From NCBI GenBank assembly GCA_963701025.1, contig OY969557.1:368622-432621 (forward strand): DNA of 64,000 nucleotides. Direction: 5' to 3'. A program made the translations under genes and the position numbers. This DNA is from an uncultured bacterium (GTDB lineage Bacteria; Patescibacteriota; Minisyncoccia; Phycocordibacterales; PALSA-1337). The first letter of the stretch is position 1, and every line of letters starts with the position of its first letter. The notes beneath the pieces were generated by a model. The model made no database searches. It saw only the letters and a program-made list of their open reading frames with translations, and was not told the DNA's origin. Shown piece by piece: positions 9,013 to 18,738 of this stretch.

Positions 9013-10287
9013 TTAAGCGAGGATCGGCAAAGAGATCCTGAAAGTACTCCCTTCGCCCTCGGTACTCGTCACGGAGAGCTTGCCACCGTGGACTTCGGTG
9101 GACCACTTAGCTATGGCGAGTCCCAGGCCGGTGCCTTCGGGGTTCTTGTGCCGCGCCTCGGCGGACCGATAGAATCTCTCGAACACGTGCGAAAGGTCTT
9201 TTTCGGATATGCCGACACCGTCGTCGGCTATATCGATGTGCGCCCAGCGCCCTTTCTTCGATCCGCTGACGCGGACATGGCCGCCTTTCCGGCCGTACAA
9301 TATGGCGTTCTCGATGAGATTGACGAACAGCCGATCGAGGTATGTTCCATTGCCGGAAACGGAGACATCCGGAAGGCTTCCTATCTTCAGGGATATGCCT
9401 CTCTTCGCGGCGAAGCCCTCGCATCTTTTCGCCGCCTGCGCGACCGTCTGACGGAGGCCGGTCTCGATCATAGCCAGCTTTTCGCGCGATGAGTCCCATG
9501 ATGTGGTGAGCAGAGCCATGTCCGATATGAGTATGGTGAGATGCTTCACCTCGTGATCGATGGCGCGGAGCGCCCGCTTCGCCTCCGAGACGCTCGATGG
9601 ACCCGACTGCAGGACGAGGTCCACGTTGCCTTTTATGATGGCGAGCGGGGTCCGCAGCTCGTGCGTGGCATTGGACATGAACTCCGATCTCGTTTTTGAT
9701 TCTTTTATATTCGCCTCCTGTTCCGCCTCTTTCTGCATCGCTTCGTTCTCCTTCTTGATCAAGCTGTTGATCTTTATGGACCGCGCAGTAGAATGGCCGA
9801 GCGAGGCAGCGAGCGACCGATCAACATCGGAGAAGGCGCGCGGCCGCGTATAGCAGAGGACGATGCTACCGTAGAGGTCGGCCTTGTAGGCTATCGGCAC
9901 GATGACATAGCTCTTCATGTACGGGCTGACGTCGTACTTCTTCTCGTAGTTGCCGCTGACGACTTTCTCCATGAAAAAAGGAGACCGGCTCTTTGTGGCT
10001 TGAAAATTGCCTCCCCGTTCCCTCGGCAGATTGGGCTCATACGGCGTCTCCGGGCTCTTATATATGAGCCGATGCTTCGACTTCTCTCCCGTCTGCCACC
10101 AAGCGAATCCGTAATCGGCCTCCAATATCTCTATGCCGGCCCGGGTGAACAGCTCGACGATCTGCAACGTATCGTGAAAAGCCAGTCCATCCAAGATGGC
10201 CTGGTTCAATGAAGATATCTTTTTTGAGATGATATGTTCCATGTCTTTAAAAAATCCCGTCTTGGAGCATGTCCTGCGAGAGGGCAC
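9013..10287 (-). CDS. Cytoplasmic sensor histidine kinase with an N-terminal GAF-like domain
   Basis: H-box ATHELRTPL and HATPase_c motifs (GTGLGLAIAK...GSTFRISLP). No TM segments. Confidence 0.85.
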   Translation of the reverse strand: MPSRRTCSKTGFFKDMEHIISKKISSLNQAILDGLAFHDTLQIVELFTRAGIEILEADYGFAWWQTGEKSKHRLIYKSPETPYEPNLPRERGGNFQATKSRSPFFMEKVVSGNYEKKYDVSPYMKSYVIVPIAYKADLYGSIVLCYTRPRAFSDVDRSLAASLGHSTARSIKINSLIKKENEAMQKEAEQEANIKESKTRSEFMSNATHELRTPLAIIKGNVDLVLQSGPSSVSEAKRALRAIDHEVKHLTILISDMALLTTSWDSSREKLAMIETGLRQTVAQAAKRCEGFAAKRGISLKIGSLPDVSVSGNGTYLDRLFVNLIENAILYGRKGGHVRVSGSKKGRWAHIDIADDGVGISEKDLSHVFERFYRSAEARHKNPEGTGLGLAIAKWSTEVHGGKLSVTSTEGEGSTFRISLPILA

Positions 10288-10312
10288 GGCGGCAAGACGG
10301 GATATCAGGCTC

Positions 10313-11149
10313 TCAATGCGCCGCCGGCCTTTCCGGTTCCCGCTTCATGATCCTGATGAGGGAATAGGTCTGGTGGTAGTAGGCGTGCGTGCCGAGGATC
10401 TCGCAGGCGACAGCCGCGCCGCTCTTCTCGACGGCTTCGATCAGCTCGCCTTCGTCATATGGACGCGTGTCTCCCCAGACGACCAGCATACGATGGCTTC
10501 CCCATTCCTTCTGGCCGACATTGTCCTTGCGGAACGGATGCACTAGATAGATGCGCTTATCCGGATACGCGGGCGACTGATTCGCCAGGATCGACCCGAA
10601 CCGCTTCATGATCCTCTGCATCTTTGGCCTGCTTTGGACCTGAATGAACTGGCTAGCGAAGTAGATGACGCTCTGCGGCGCATCGAACTCGCCGTCGGAC
10701 CATGTCTCCTCGATCTCCCCTTTCTTCACGCGGACCGCGCCGCTTTTGACGAACTCCGGACAGAGGATATTGGAGACGCTGTCGCATCCAACCTGGCAGA
10801 CTTCCCGGATGGTGATGATGAAGCCTTGTTTCTTGGCATCCCTCACCCACCCGAGATCCCTGCACAGCCCCGCGCCCAAGATCTCGACGCGGAGATTCGT
10901 GCGCGCCGCACCCGCTTCGCGCGTGACATCGTCTATCTGGCCCGTCATGATGTCGCTCGAGAACCCCCCGAAGGACAGATTCTCTTGCAGGTAGTTCTCC
11001 TCGTTGATGATGCCCTCCGACAGCTTTCGGGGTGCCAAAGGGAAAGGATTGCCCTTTCCGGCCTTCAGCTTTCTGTTCCAATGATTTTCAAGCTCCAACT
11101 GCGCGGAAAGCCTCAAAGCAAGGTCTTGCCGCAAAGTGATCCCACTCAT
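10313..11149 (-). CDS. Conserved hypothetical protein with a Cys cluster, directly upstream of the GAF kinase in the same operon
   Basis: Long ORF with good coding character and a CQVGCDSVSNILCPEF motif. I recognise no family. Confidence 0.5.
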   Translation of the reverse strand: MSGITLRQDLALRLSAQLELENHWNRKLKAGKGNPFPLAPRKLSEGIINEENYLQENLSFGGFSSDIMTGQIDDVTREAGAARTNLRVEILGAGLCRDLGWVRDAKKQGFIITIREVCQVGCDSVSNILCPEFVKSGAVRVKKGEIEETWSDGEFDAPQSVIYFASQFIQVQSRPKMQRIMKRFGSILANQSPAYPDKRIYLVHPFRKDNVGQKEWGSHRMLVVWGDTRPYDEGELIEAVEKSGAAVACEILGTHAYYHQTYSLIRIMKREPERPAAH

Positions 11150-11320
11150 ACCAACCTCCTTTTTGATGGTTAAAGACTAAGATCGCTAACTTCTATTTAC
11201 CCACTTTATATCACAAGTCGAGGCATCACGCCACACACTGTTAATTACCTGTGTATAACTATTAATACATATTTAATAAAACCGCTTGCGCCGCGGAGCC
11301 GGACGGTATAGTATGGCCCG

Positions 11321-11989
11321 ATGACCATACTCATCATAGAAGACGAAAAGAAGCTCGTCGCTATATTGAAAAAGGCCCTGAAACGCGAGCGCTACGCCAC
11401 GGACGAGGCATACGACGGCGAAGCGGGACTCAAGAAGGCCCTGAAGAACAGCTACAGCCTCATCCTGCTCGACATCATGCTGCCACGGAGGAACGGCATG
11501 GAAGTCTGCTCCGAGCTGCGCCGGCGCGGCAGAGAGACTCCCGTCATCATGCTCACCGCCCGGGGCATGACCGAAGACCGCGTCCAAGGCCTCGACCTCG
11601 GCGCCGACGACTATATCGTCAAGCCGTTCGAGATGAGCGAGCTCTTCGCCCGTATGCGGGCCGTGCTCCGCCGGAGGAAGGCTCTCGAAGCGCCCGTGCG
11701 GAAGGTCGGCAACCTCGTCTTCGACGCGTCCCGGCATCAGGTCACCCGCGCCGGCAGACAGATCGCTCTCACGCCGAAGGAATATCGCCTGCTGGACACG
11801 CTCATCCGCCACGCCAATCAGGCGTTGACCAGGCGTCAGCTCCTCGATGAGGCGTGGGGACCGGATTTCAAGGAAACGAACTACGAGCTCAACGTGCATA
11901 TACGCTATTTGAGGCAGAAGATCGACCCCGCCCGGACGAAAAAGCTCATCTGTACGGTGCGCGGCGTCGGTTATGCGCTTCGAGAGTGA
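11321..11989 (+). CDS. OmpR-family response regulator (receiver plus winged-helix)
   Basis: LILLDIMLP receiver motifs and a C-terminal trans_reg_C domain. It is divergent from the kinase operon. Confidence 0.9.
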   Translation: MTILIIEDEKKLVAILKKALKRERYATDEAYDGEAGLKKALKNSYSLILLDIMLPRRNGMEVCSELRRRGRETPVIMLTARGMTEDRVQGLDLGADDYIVKPFEMSELFARMRAVLRRRKALEAPVRKVGNLVFDASRHQVTRAGRQIALTPKEYRLLDTLIRHANQALTRRQLLDEAWGPDFKETNYELNVHIRYLRQKIDPARTKKLICTVRGVGYALRE

Positions 11990-12179
11990 CGTCAGAGCAA
12001 GGCGCTCAAGCCATGAATATTTGATTTATATTAAAAGATATTAACAGGTAATTCACACCTTATCTACATTTTGGTGTGTTTTTTTGTTGACTTTACCGTT
12101 TTTAATTTTTATCATTGTTATATTAAAATAATATTAAGTTATTAATTATCAATTATTAATCTAAACTTCATATATCATC

Positions 12180-12434
12180 ATGTTAAAAAGACTACAGAGG
12201 ATCGGTTCGTCGGTGAAAGACCGCTTCAGCGGCTCTCGGAAGCTGGTCATGTGCAGGAAATGCCACTCTTTCTATTACAAGAGGAGCTGGCACTTCGAGG
12301 CGCCGGAAAGCGCCGAGAGCGAGATTGAAGAGGAGGTTCCTGTGCGCTTGACCCAATGCTCTGCCTGCGCCGAGTTCGAGGCGACGCTCAACGACCGCGA
12401 CAGCGAGCTCCTGGCATACGGATTTTCGTCATAG
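12180..12434 (+). CDS. Small zinc-ribbon protein (CxxC...CxxC), hypothetical
   Basis: 84-aa ORF after an AT-rich promoter-like region, with two CxxC pairs. Confidence 0.4.
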   Translation: MLKRLQRIGSSVKDRFSGSRKLVMCRKCHSFYYKRSWHFEAPESAESEIEEEVPVRLTQCSACAEFEATLNDRDSELLAYGFSS

Positions 12435-12525
12435 TTGTCATAGGTGTCATGGGTACGAAGGTTCATGGGTATGAGAACCCGAGGATGGTCGTGGACAACA
12501 CTTCAAGGCGCCGGTTGTATGGAAC

Positions 12526-13173
12526 ATGCGTGATCATAATCATATGAATAACCGATCAATACAACTTAGATTCACCGCGTGTTATGAAGCCGAGGTAGAT
12601 AGCATATTCAGGTTCTGCTCGTTCCGCGTTTCCGACCATGAGCAAGCTATCGACCTCGTCCAAGAGACGTTCACCCGCATGTGGCGGGTCCTCTCCGATG
12701 GCACCCGTATAGAGAATGACCGGGCATTCCTCTTCACGGTCGCCCATCATGTCATCATTGATTGGTACCGCAAGAAGAAAGCCCTTTCCCTCGAGAGCCT
12801 AGCCGATCCAGAGAGCCAGGAATCATACGAACCCTCCGACGGCCGTTGCTTCGCGGACCTAGAGAGAGATGCCGAAGGCAGACGCATCGTCGCTAAGCTC
12901 AACGATGTCTCTCCTATCAATGGTCAAGCAGTTTACCTCCGCTTTATCGAAGGCATGTCCCCGCCGGACATCGGCAAGGTACTCGGCATCACTGGCAATG
13001 CCGCCGCCGTCCGCGTCAACCGCGGATTGAAAGAGTTGCGTCACCTGACCGGATATGACCAGGGGGCACAAACGCGCGCGAATGGCAAGGTGCGAACTGA
13101 TACCACCGCGCACAAGCTTAGGAAGCTGGTGACGATATGGAGAAAGAGAGACCTCACCACGCGAATGGCGTGA
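12526..13173 (+). CDS. ECF-type RNA polymerase sigma-70 family factor
   Basis: Region 2 (DLVQETF...W) and region 4 helix-turn-helix (PPDIGKVLGITGNAAAVRVNRGLKELR). Confidence 0.8.
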   Translation: MRDHNHMNNRSIQLRFTACYEAEVDSIFRFCSFRVSDHEQAIDLVQETFTRMWRVLSDGTRIENDRAFLFTVAHHVIIDWYRKKKALSLESLADPESQESYEPSDGRCFADLERDAEGRRIVAKLNDVSPINGQAVYLRFIEGMSPPDIGKVLGITGNAAAVRVNRGLKELRHLTGYDQGAQTRANGKVRTDTTAHKLRKLVTIWRKRDLTTRMA

Positions 13174-13283
13174 ACTTTGGTTGGAAGCGGCGTTGCACAA
13201 TATCCTTTGTGCTACATTTATATACTCTGTGTCAACTCCCCTCCCCTCTCACTCTCGAAAATGCTACAGTTATCGCACTTGCT

Positions 13284-15059
13284 ATGAATCCTTCCGACCC
13301 AGCACTCGCCGCCAAGCGCCATACCCTGGCGCATTTGCTCGCCGCCGCCGTGTTGGAGCTATACCCCGATGCAAAGCCGACCATCGGCCCGGCCATAGAC
13401 AACGGCTTCTATTACGACTTCGAGTTCAGCGCGCCCATCGCCGAATCAGATCTGAAAGACATAGAGAAGAAGATGCGCAAGCTGCTTCCGTCGTGGAAAT
13501 CGATGGAAGGAAAAGAGACGGATGAAAAAGGGGCAAAAGAGACATTTAAAGCTAACCCGTATAAGACGGAACTCATCGATGAAATAATAAATAAAAAGGA
13601 GAAGCTGACCCTCTACACCGCAGGCCATTTTACCGACCTCTGCCGCGGCGGACACAGCGAAAATCCGGCAAAAGAGATCGCGGTCGATTCATTCAAACTT
13701 TCCCGCTTGGCTGGCGCCTATTGGCGCAGCGATGAAAAGAATAAACAGCTTACGCGCATATACGGTCTGGCTTTCAATACCAAAGACGAATTGGACGCGT
13801 ATCTCAACATGATGAAAGAAGCCGAGAAGCGCGATCACCGCAAGCTCGGCAAGGAAATGGATATATTCGAATTCGACGACGACGTCGGACCCGGTCTGCC
13901 ACTTTGGCTACCGAATGGCGGAGCCCTAATAGAAGAATTGGAAAAACTGGCGGTGGAAACCGAATTCAAGGCCGGTTATGTCCGTGTACGTACTCCTCAC
14001 ATCGCCAAAGAATCGATGTACTTGAAGAGTGGTCATTTGCCCTACTATGAAGAGTCCATGTTTCCTCCCATGGAATATGAGGGTGGAAAATATTACCTCA
14101 AAGCGATGAATTGTCCGCACCATCACAAGATATATGCGGCACGGCCCAAGAGCTATCGCGACCTGCCTCTTCGATTGGCCGAATACGGCACCTGCTATCG
14201 CCACGAGAAATCAGGGGAGCTCTTCGGTCTCATGCGCGTGCGCATGCTCGATATGAACGACGCCCATATCTATTGCACGGAGGAACAATTCGCCGACGAA
14301 TTCAAAGCAGTCAATGACATGTATCTGGAATACTTCAGATTGTTCGGCATAGATAAATACGTCATGCGCTTCTCCACCCACGATCCGAAGCGTCTCGGCG
14401 ACAAGTTCGTCAATGAGCCGGAGTTGTGGAAGAAGACCGAGGATATGGTGAGAAATGTCCTGGTCGATTCGAAGATCCCATTCGTCGAAGTGCCCAACGA
14501 GGCCGCCTTCTACGGGCCGAAGATAGACGTCCAGGTCTGGTCGGCTATAGGCCGTGAATTCACCCTGGCGACGAACCAAGTCGACTTCGCCGTGCCGCGC
14601 AGGTTCGGTCTCGAATACAGCGATTCCGACGGCACAAAGAAGACCCCTCTTTGCATCCACCGCGCTCCGCTCGGCACGCACGAGCGCTTTATCGGCTTTC
14701 TCATCGAGCACTACGGCGGCAACTTCCCTCTCTGGTTGGCACCGGTTCAAGTGGCAGTCATACCGGTGACCGAAGCGAATTTTGAAGCCGCCAAAAAAAT
14801 CCATACCTCTCTGCGCGCCCGTATGATCCGTTCCGAATTCGACGCGTCGAACGCCGGTTTCGGCAAGAAAGTCAGGAACGCCAAAAACGCCCGCATTCCT
14901 TATACGATAATTATCGGAGACAAGGATATGGCCGCAGGCAAAGTCACCCTGGAAAGCAGGGACCTGTCTGCCGAACAGGCAGGCAAGGGACAGATCGGGC
15001 AGTTGGGCGTTGAAGAAGTATTGAAAAGGTTTGAGGAGGAGATCAGGGAGAGGAAATAA
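13284..15059 (+). CDS. thrS: Threonyl-tRNA synthetase lacking the N-terminal TGS/editing region
   Basis: Class II motifs and a C-terminal anticodon-binding domain. The start at ATG 13284 (MNPSD) is chosen because upstream in-frame sequence overlaps the sigma-factor gene. Confidence 0.85.
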   Translation: MNPSDPALAAKRHTLAHLLAAAVLELYPDAKPTIGPAIDNGFYYDFEFSAPIAESDLKDIEKKMRKLLPSWKSMEGKETDEKGAKETFKANPYKTELIDEIINKKEKLTLYTAGHFTDLCRGGHSENPAKEIAVDSFKLSRLAGAYWRSDEKNKQLTRIYGLAFNTKDELDAYLNMMKEAEKRDHRKLGKEMDIFEFDDDVGPGLPLWLPNGGALIEELEKLAVETEFKAGYVRVRTPHIAKESMYLKSGHLPYYEESMFPPMEYEGGKYYLKAMNCPHHHKIYAARPKSYRDLPLRLAEYGTCYRHEKSGELFGLMRVRMLDMNDAHIYCTEEQFADEFKAVNDMYLEYFRLFGIDKYVMRFSTHDPKRLGDKFVNEPELWKKTEDMVRNVLVDSKIPFVEVPNEAAFYGPKIDVQVWSAIGREFTLATNQVDFAVPRRFGLEYSDSDGTKKTPLCIHRAPLGTHERFIGFLIEHYGGNFPLWLAPVQVAVIPVTEANFEAAKKIHTSLRARMIRSEFDASNAGFGKKVRNAKNARIPYTIIIGDKDMAAGKVTLESRDLSAEQAGKGQIGQLGVEEVLKRFEEEIRERK

Positions 15060-15107
15060 AATTCATGTAAAAGTCGAGGCGCCGGGAGAATAAATCCTCC
15101 AGGCGCC

Positions 15108-15341
15108 CTAAGTTTCACCCTCAACTTCAGAAACGATATCGAGCTTCGCATTGTAGTCATCTATAGAATTAGGATTACAACGCGGGCAATCTATCTGAAA
15201 CTCCAGGATCACCTGGACCACGTTTTGGGACGCGGTCTTCTCTCTCAATCGTTCTTTCAGTCTTCGTGGAACTGATGCCTCAAAGAAGGCAGGGTCCGGA
15301 TGGTATGGACCGCACTTCGGGCATTGAAAGAAGTAATCCAT
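15108..15341 (-). CDS. Small zinc-ribbon protein (CPKC...CPRC), hypothetical
   Basis: Start at MDYFF gives an ATGA overlap with the upstream gene. Two CxxC pairs. Confidence 0.45.
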   Translation of the reverse strand: MDYFFQCPKCGPYHPDPAFFEASVPRRLKERLREKTASQNVVQVILEFQIDCPRCNPNSIDDYNAKLDIVSEVEGET

Positions 15342-15847
15342 CAGATCACCCCTTTCATGCCACACGCTTTGGCCCTGTTGAACCAACCCGTGATTTCTCC
15401 GGCCGCCTCATGGTAACCGGTAATCGCATCGTCAGCTGTGACCAGCACACGCGCCCGCGGGGCACAATCTTTGTGCGGATTCATAGTCGTATCCACCGTC
15501 ACGATGACCCCCTCGTAGAAAAAGAAGCCGTCAATCTTGTGGAATACATCCAATGCGCTGCCCACGGCGGTATATATAGCCAAGCGCGATGGATTCATGC
15601 CGGCGCCTTGCATCTCTTGAGCGACGACCTCGCGAAAATTCGAAGCTTCGCCCGCCGGTTCATAAGGACTGCCCGGTTGGTTGCAGAAGACCGCATCCAA
15701 GGCCGGTTTGAACTTTACGTACCCCCGGCATCGGATCCTGCATTCTCCGAGAGTTTCGCGTTCGAAAATCCGTCCTGTCGTACCGCGCAATTCTGGATTC
15801 CATGTTTGCCGCCATATGTTTATTGATCTCGTACTCATGAGTTTCAT
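15341..15847 (-). CDS. Hypothetical protein
   Basis: 168-aa ORF with coding-like composition and no recognisable motif. Confidence 0.45.
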   Translation of the reverse strand: MKLMSTRSINIWRQTWNPELRGTTGRIFERETLGECRIRCRGYVKFKPALDAVFCNQPGSPYEPAGEASNFREVVAQEMQGAGMNPSRLAIYTAVGSALDVFHKIDGFFFYEGVIVTVDTTMNPHKDCAPRARVLVTADDAITGYHEAAGEITGWFNRAKACGMKGVI

Positions 15848-15954
15848 TCCTCCATTTTAGTTGTTTTTCGTTGACCGAAATATTTGGCTGGAAAGATCAT
15901 GCTACACTTTCCCCTCGCTATTATACACTATAATATACCTTCCTGTCAAGCACT

Positions 15955-15982
15955 CAAAAAACCCCATTTCTGGGGCTTTTTG
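15955..15982 (-). terminator. Rho-independent terminator (bidirectional-looking) downstream of the surface-protein gene
   Basis: The sequence aaaaaa-cccca-tttc-tgggg-cttttt gives a 5-bp GC stem flanked by an A tract and a T tract. Confidence 0.6.
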
Positions 15983-16036
15983 CGACATCTTTTATTTGGA
16001 GCCGACACCCGCTCGTTTCTTTTCTATTGCCTCCTA

Positions 16037-17419
16037 TTATATCTTAGGACGGTTGAATACGAGATACATGACCGTACCAAAGAGAACGAGGATGACGAGG
16101 ACGGCTACCCAGCCCCATGGCAAATTCGACAGAGAGAACAGGGCCGAAGCAGAGAGGCCGTTGCTATTCTGCTGTTGCGCCGCGGGGGCAGGTTGGACCT
16201 GCTGGACGGGGGCAGTCGGGGCCGCGTATCCGCCGCCGTTGCCGTGGACAGCCAGAGAATCGGTGCAGGCTCGGGTGCCGGTCTTGCCGTCGGCGGAAGT
16301 GATGGAGACTATGGCGTCCTTTTGCCCAGCCGAACTATAGTATTTGATGACGGAGCTCTGCGAACCGTTGAGACCGTCGGAACCGGTCCAAGAATAGGTG
16401 TAAGGAGCGACGCCGCCGGTCACTTCAGCGTTCCAGGTAACGGGTTGGTTCACGGAGACAGTCGCGGGGTCGGCGTAACAACCGATATCGAGGCTATTGT
16501 TATTATTGGACGCGACGACTGGAACGATGTAGGAATTCTGATAGCCGCCCACGTTCACGCTGCTGGAACAATTCTGGGTGACGGTCTGACCGTTAGAATA
16601 GACGGTGACCGAAGCGATCTTCTGTCCAGGCGTATTATAGGTCGTGACGATCGACTGATTGTAACCGTATATGCCGTCGGTACCTGACCACGAATAGGTG
16701 TAGACGCCGTTACCGCCGGAGACGCTGGCCAACCAATTTACGGCCGAGCCGATCGAAGCGATGGAGGTATTGGAGTTACAGGAAACTTGGAGCAGATTGT
16801 AATAACCCGTGGTATTGTAATATGTCGGAGCCGTATTGTAATAGTACGTAGGCGACGTATTGTAGGTCGTCGGAGGGTAATAGTAGTTGGTTGTGCCCTG
16901 GACATTGACCGAACCGCTGCAGTTAGCCGATATGGTCTGGCCGCCAGAGGTTACCGTGACGCTCGCGTTCTTGAAGCCGGGTGAATAATACGATTTGGAG
17001 ATGGAAGAGCCGTAACCGGAGAGACCTTCATCACCGGACCACGAGACGTTATAAACGCCATTGCCGCCGGAGAGAGATGTCATCCATTGAGCCGTCTGAC
17101 CGGACTGGATAGTGAGCGGCTGCGGATAGCAGGAAGCGTACAGAGGCGCATATTGCTGTACGGGCGGAGAAGTATAGACGGGCGGATAGGAATATGTCGG
17201 CGTACCATAGTAACCGCATGAACCGGAGTAGCAGCCTTGATTATAGGGACTATTGTAATATTGGGCATGAGCCGCCGGCGCGCCGGCAAGACCGGCAACG
17301 AAAACAAGCGCCATGACGAGCATGATGCTTCCGAGGATCTTGTTGTTGCTGATGTTTTTCATGTGATTTAACGGCTCTATTAAGCCATTCCATAATGGAA
17401 TCAACTGATAAGTTATCAA
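16037..17419 (-). CDS. Secreted cell-surface protein with a signal peptide, Tyr/Thr-rich low-complexity segments, three ~55-aa PKD-like repeats, a C-terminal TM helix and a basic tail
   Basis: Repeats GGNGVY..SWSG.DG..G...S......G.K.A.V....G.T....C read directly, and a C-terminal NLPWGWVAVLVILVLFGTVMYLVFNRPKI. Confidence 0.7.
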   Translation of the reverse strand: MITYQLIPLWNGLIEPLNHMKNISNNKILGSIMLVMALVFVAGLAGAPAAHAQYYNSPYNQGCYSGSCGYYGTPTYSYPPVYTSPPVQQYAPLYASCYPQPLTIQSGQTAQWMTSLSGGNGVYNVSWSGDEGLSGYGSSISKSYYSPGFKNASVTVTSGGQTISANCSGSVNVQGTTNYYYPPTTYNTSPTYYYNTAPTYYNTTGYYNLLQVSCNSNTSIASIGSAVNWLASVSGGNGVYTYSWSGTDGIYGYNQSIVTTYNTPGQKIASVTVYSNGQTVTQNCSSSVNVGGYQNSYIVPVVASNNNNSLDIGCYADPATVSVNQPVTWNAEVTGGVAPYTYSWTGSDGLNGSQSSVIKYYSSAGQKDAIVSITSADGKTGTRACTDSLAVHGNGGGYAAPTAPVQQVQPAPAAQQQNSNGLSASALFSLSNLPWGWVAVLVILVLFGTVMYLVFNRPKI

Positions 17420-17477
17420 GCTCTTTTAAAGTCGTATGGGCCGTATTATATACTACCTAAACAATTTGTCAAGTGGG

Positions 17478-17550
17478 TGCCGAGGACCAGGATCGAACTG
17501 GTGACCCTTCCCTCTTCAGGGGAATGCTCTACCAACTGAGCTACCTCGGC
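17478..17550 (-). tRNA. tRNA-Phe (anticodon GAA)
   Basis: Manual cloverleaf: acceptor GCCGAGG, D arm GCTC/GAGC, anticodon loop CTGAAGA, T arm ACCAG-TTCGATC-CTGGT. The 3' CCA is not encoded (ACCCA follows). Confidence 0.8.
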
Positions 17551-17570
17551 ATATTATGAAGCGGAAAATT

Positions 17571-17843
17571 TCAAAGATTACGAAGCGCCTGCATCAAGCC
17601 CTGGGACGAACTCGTGCCGTTCTGTGCGTTGCCTTGTAAGCTACCTAGCTCGGTCATGATGAAATTGACATACGGCTGGATAAAATAGTACGCCCCAAAG
17701 GAAAGAACGATGATGATGATCCAGTAGACATACCTCATGACGCTGGACCACCGCGCCGATCGGCGTATGCCCTTGAGAAGACGATTATTCTCCTCGGCGA
17801 GCTTGCAGGTCCGTTCTAGCAATGACTTCTCTTCCGGCGTCAT
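17571..17843 (-). CDS. Small membrane protein, hypothetical
   Basis: 90 aa with a single TM helix, lying between two tRNA genes. Confidence 0.4.
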   Translation of the reverse strand: MTPEEKSLLERTCKLAEENNRLLKGIRRSARWSSVMRYVYWIIIIVLSFGAYYFIQPYVNFIMTELGSLQGNAQNGTSSSQGLMQALRNL

Positions 17844-17928
17844 GAGACCAACTATAGCAGGTTTATAAACGGCTGAAAAGTGTGCTAATCTCTCATGGTG
17901 CGAGGCGCCTAAGGGCGCATATCCGTTC

Positions 17929-18000
17929 GCCCTCGTAGTTCAACGGATAGAACAACTCCGTCCTAAGGAGTGGATGTAGGTTCAATTCCTGCCGAGGGTA
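17929..18000 (+). tRNA. tRNA-Arg (anticodon CCT)
   Basis: Manual fold: acceptor GCCCTCG/CGAGGGT (G1:T72), anticodon stem ACTCC/GGAGT, loop GTCCTAA, T arm GTAGG-TTCAATT-CCTGC. No encoded CCA. Confidence 0.75.
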
Positions 18001-18038
18001 CTCTACACAGTAGCGCTTGCGAAATAGAATCTGCTATA

Positions 18039-18737
18039 ATGTCCGCCATGAAAATACTGGTCGTAGAAGATGATCCGTCGATCGCCGAAGCGCTCCGTGC
18101 CGGACTAGTCTCCGAAGCCCATGCGGTCGATGTCGCGAGCGACGGCACCGACGGGTCGTTCCTGGGACGGAGCTATGAATACGACGCCGTGATTCTGGAT
18201 CATGCCTTGCCGGGAAAGAACGGCATCACGGTCTGCAAGGAGATCCGTAGCACCGGCAAGATGACGCCGATCATATTCCTGTCCGTGACCGGAGATGCCG
18301 ATACAAAGGTCGCGGCCCTCGAGAACGGAGCCGATGATTACGTCGTGAAGCCGTTTTCGATGGCCGAGCTGCGAGCGCGGATCCGCGCGGTCGCGAGGAG
18401 AACACCGGTCGTCCGGAGCGCCGAACTGAAAGTGCACGACCTCGTCCTTGACCCGGGCAGGCATTCTGCCACGCGCGGTTCGAGACATATCCATCTGACC
18501 AAGAAAGAATTCGCTCTTCTTGAATATATGATGAGAAATCAGGGGGTAGTATTGTCGCGCTCCATTCTCATGGAGCACGTCTGGACGGCCGACAATGACC
18601 CGTTCTCCAATACTGTCGAGGCCCATATGCGCAACCTACGCAAGAAACTGAATGCCGGGAATAAGCGGGATCTCATCTCCAATATGCCAGGTCACGGCTA
18701 TATCATGGACGCGACCGAGCGCCTTGTTCGGCTATAG
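18039..18737 (+). CDS. OmpR-family response regulator
   Basis: MKILVVEDD receiver and a winged-helix C-terminus. The track ORF start at 17970 overlaps the tRNA, so an internal ATG is chosen. Confidence 0.9.
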   Translation: MSAMKILVVEDDPSIAEALRAGLVSEAHAVDVASDGTDGSFLGRSYEYDAVILDHALPGKNGITVCKEIRSTGKMTPIIFLSVTGDADTKVAALENGADDYVVKPFSMAELRARIRAVARRTPVVRSAELKVHDLVLDPGRHSATRGSRHIHLTKKEFALLEYMMRNQGVVLSRSILMEHVWTADNDPFSNTVEAHMRNLRKKLNAGNKRDLISNMPGHGYIMDATERLVRL

Positions 18738-18738
18738 A

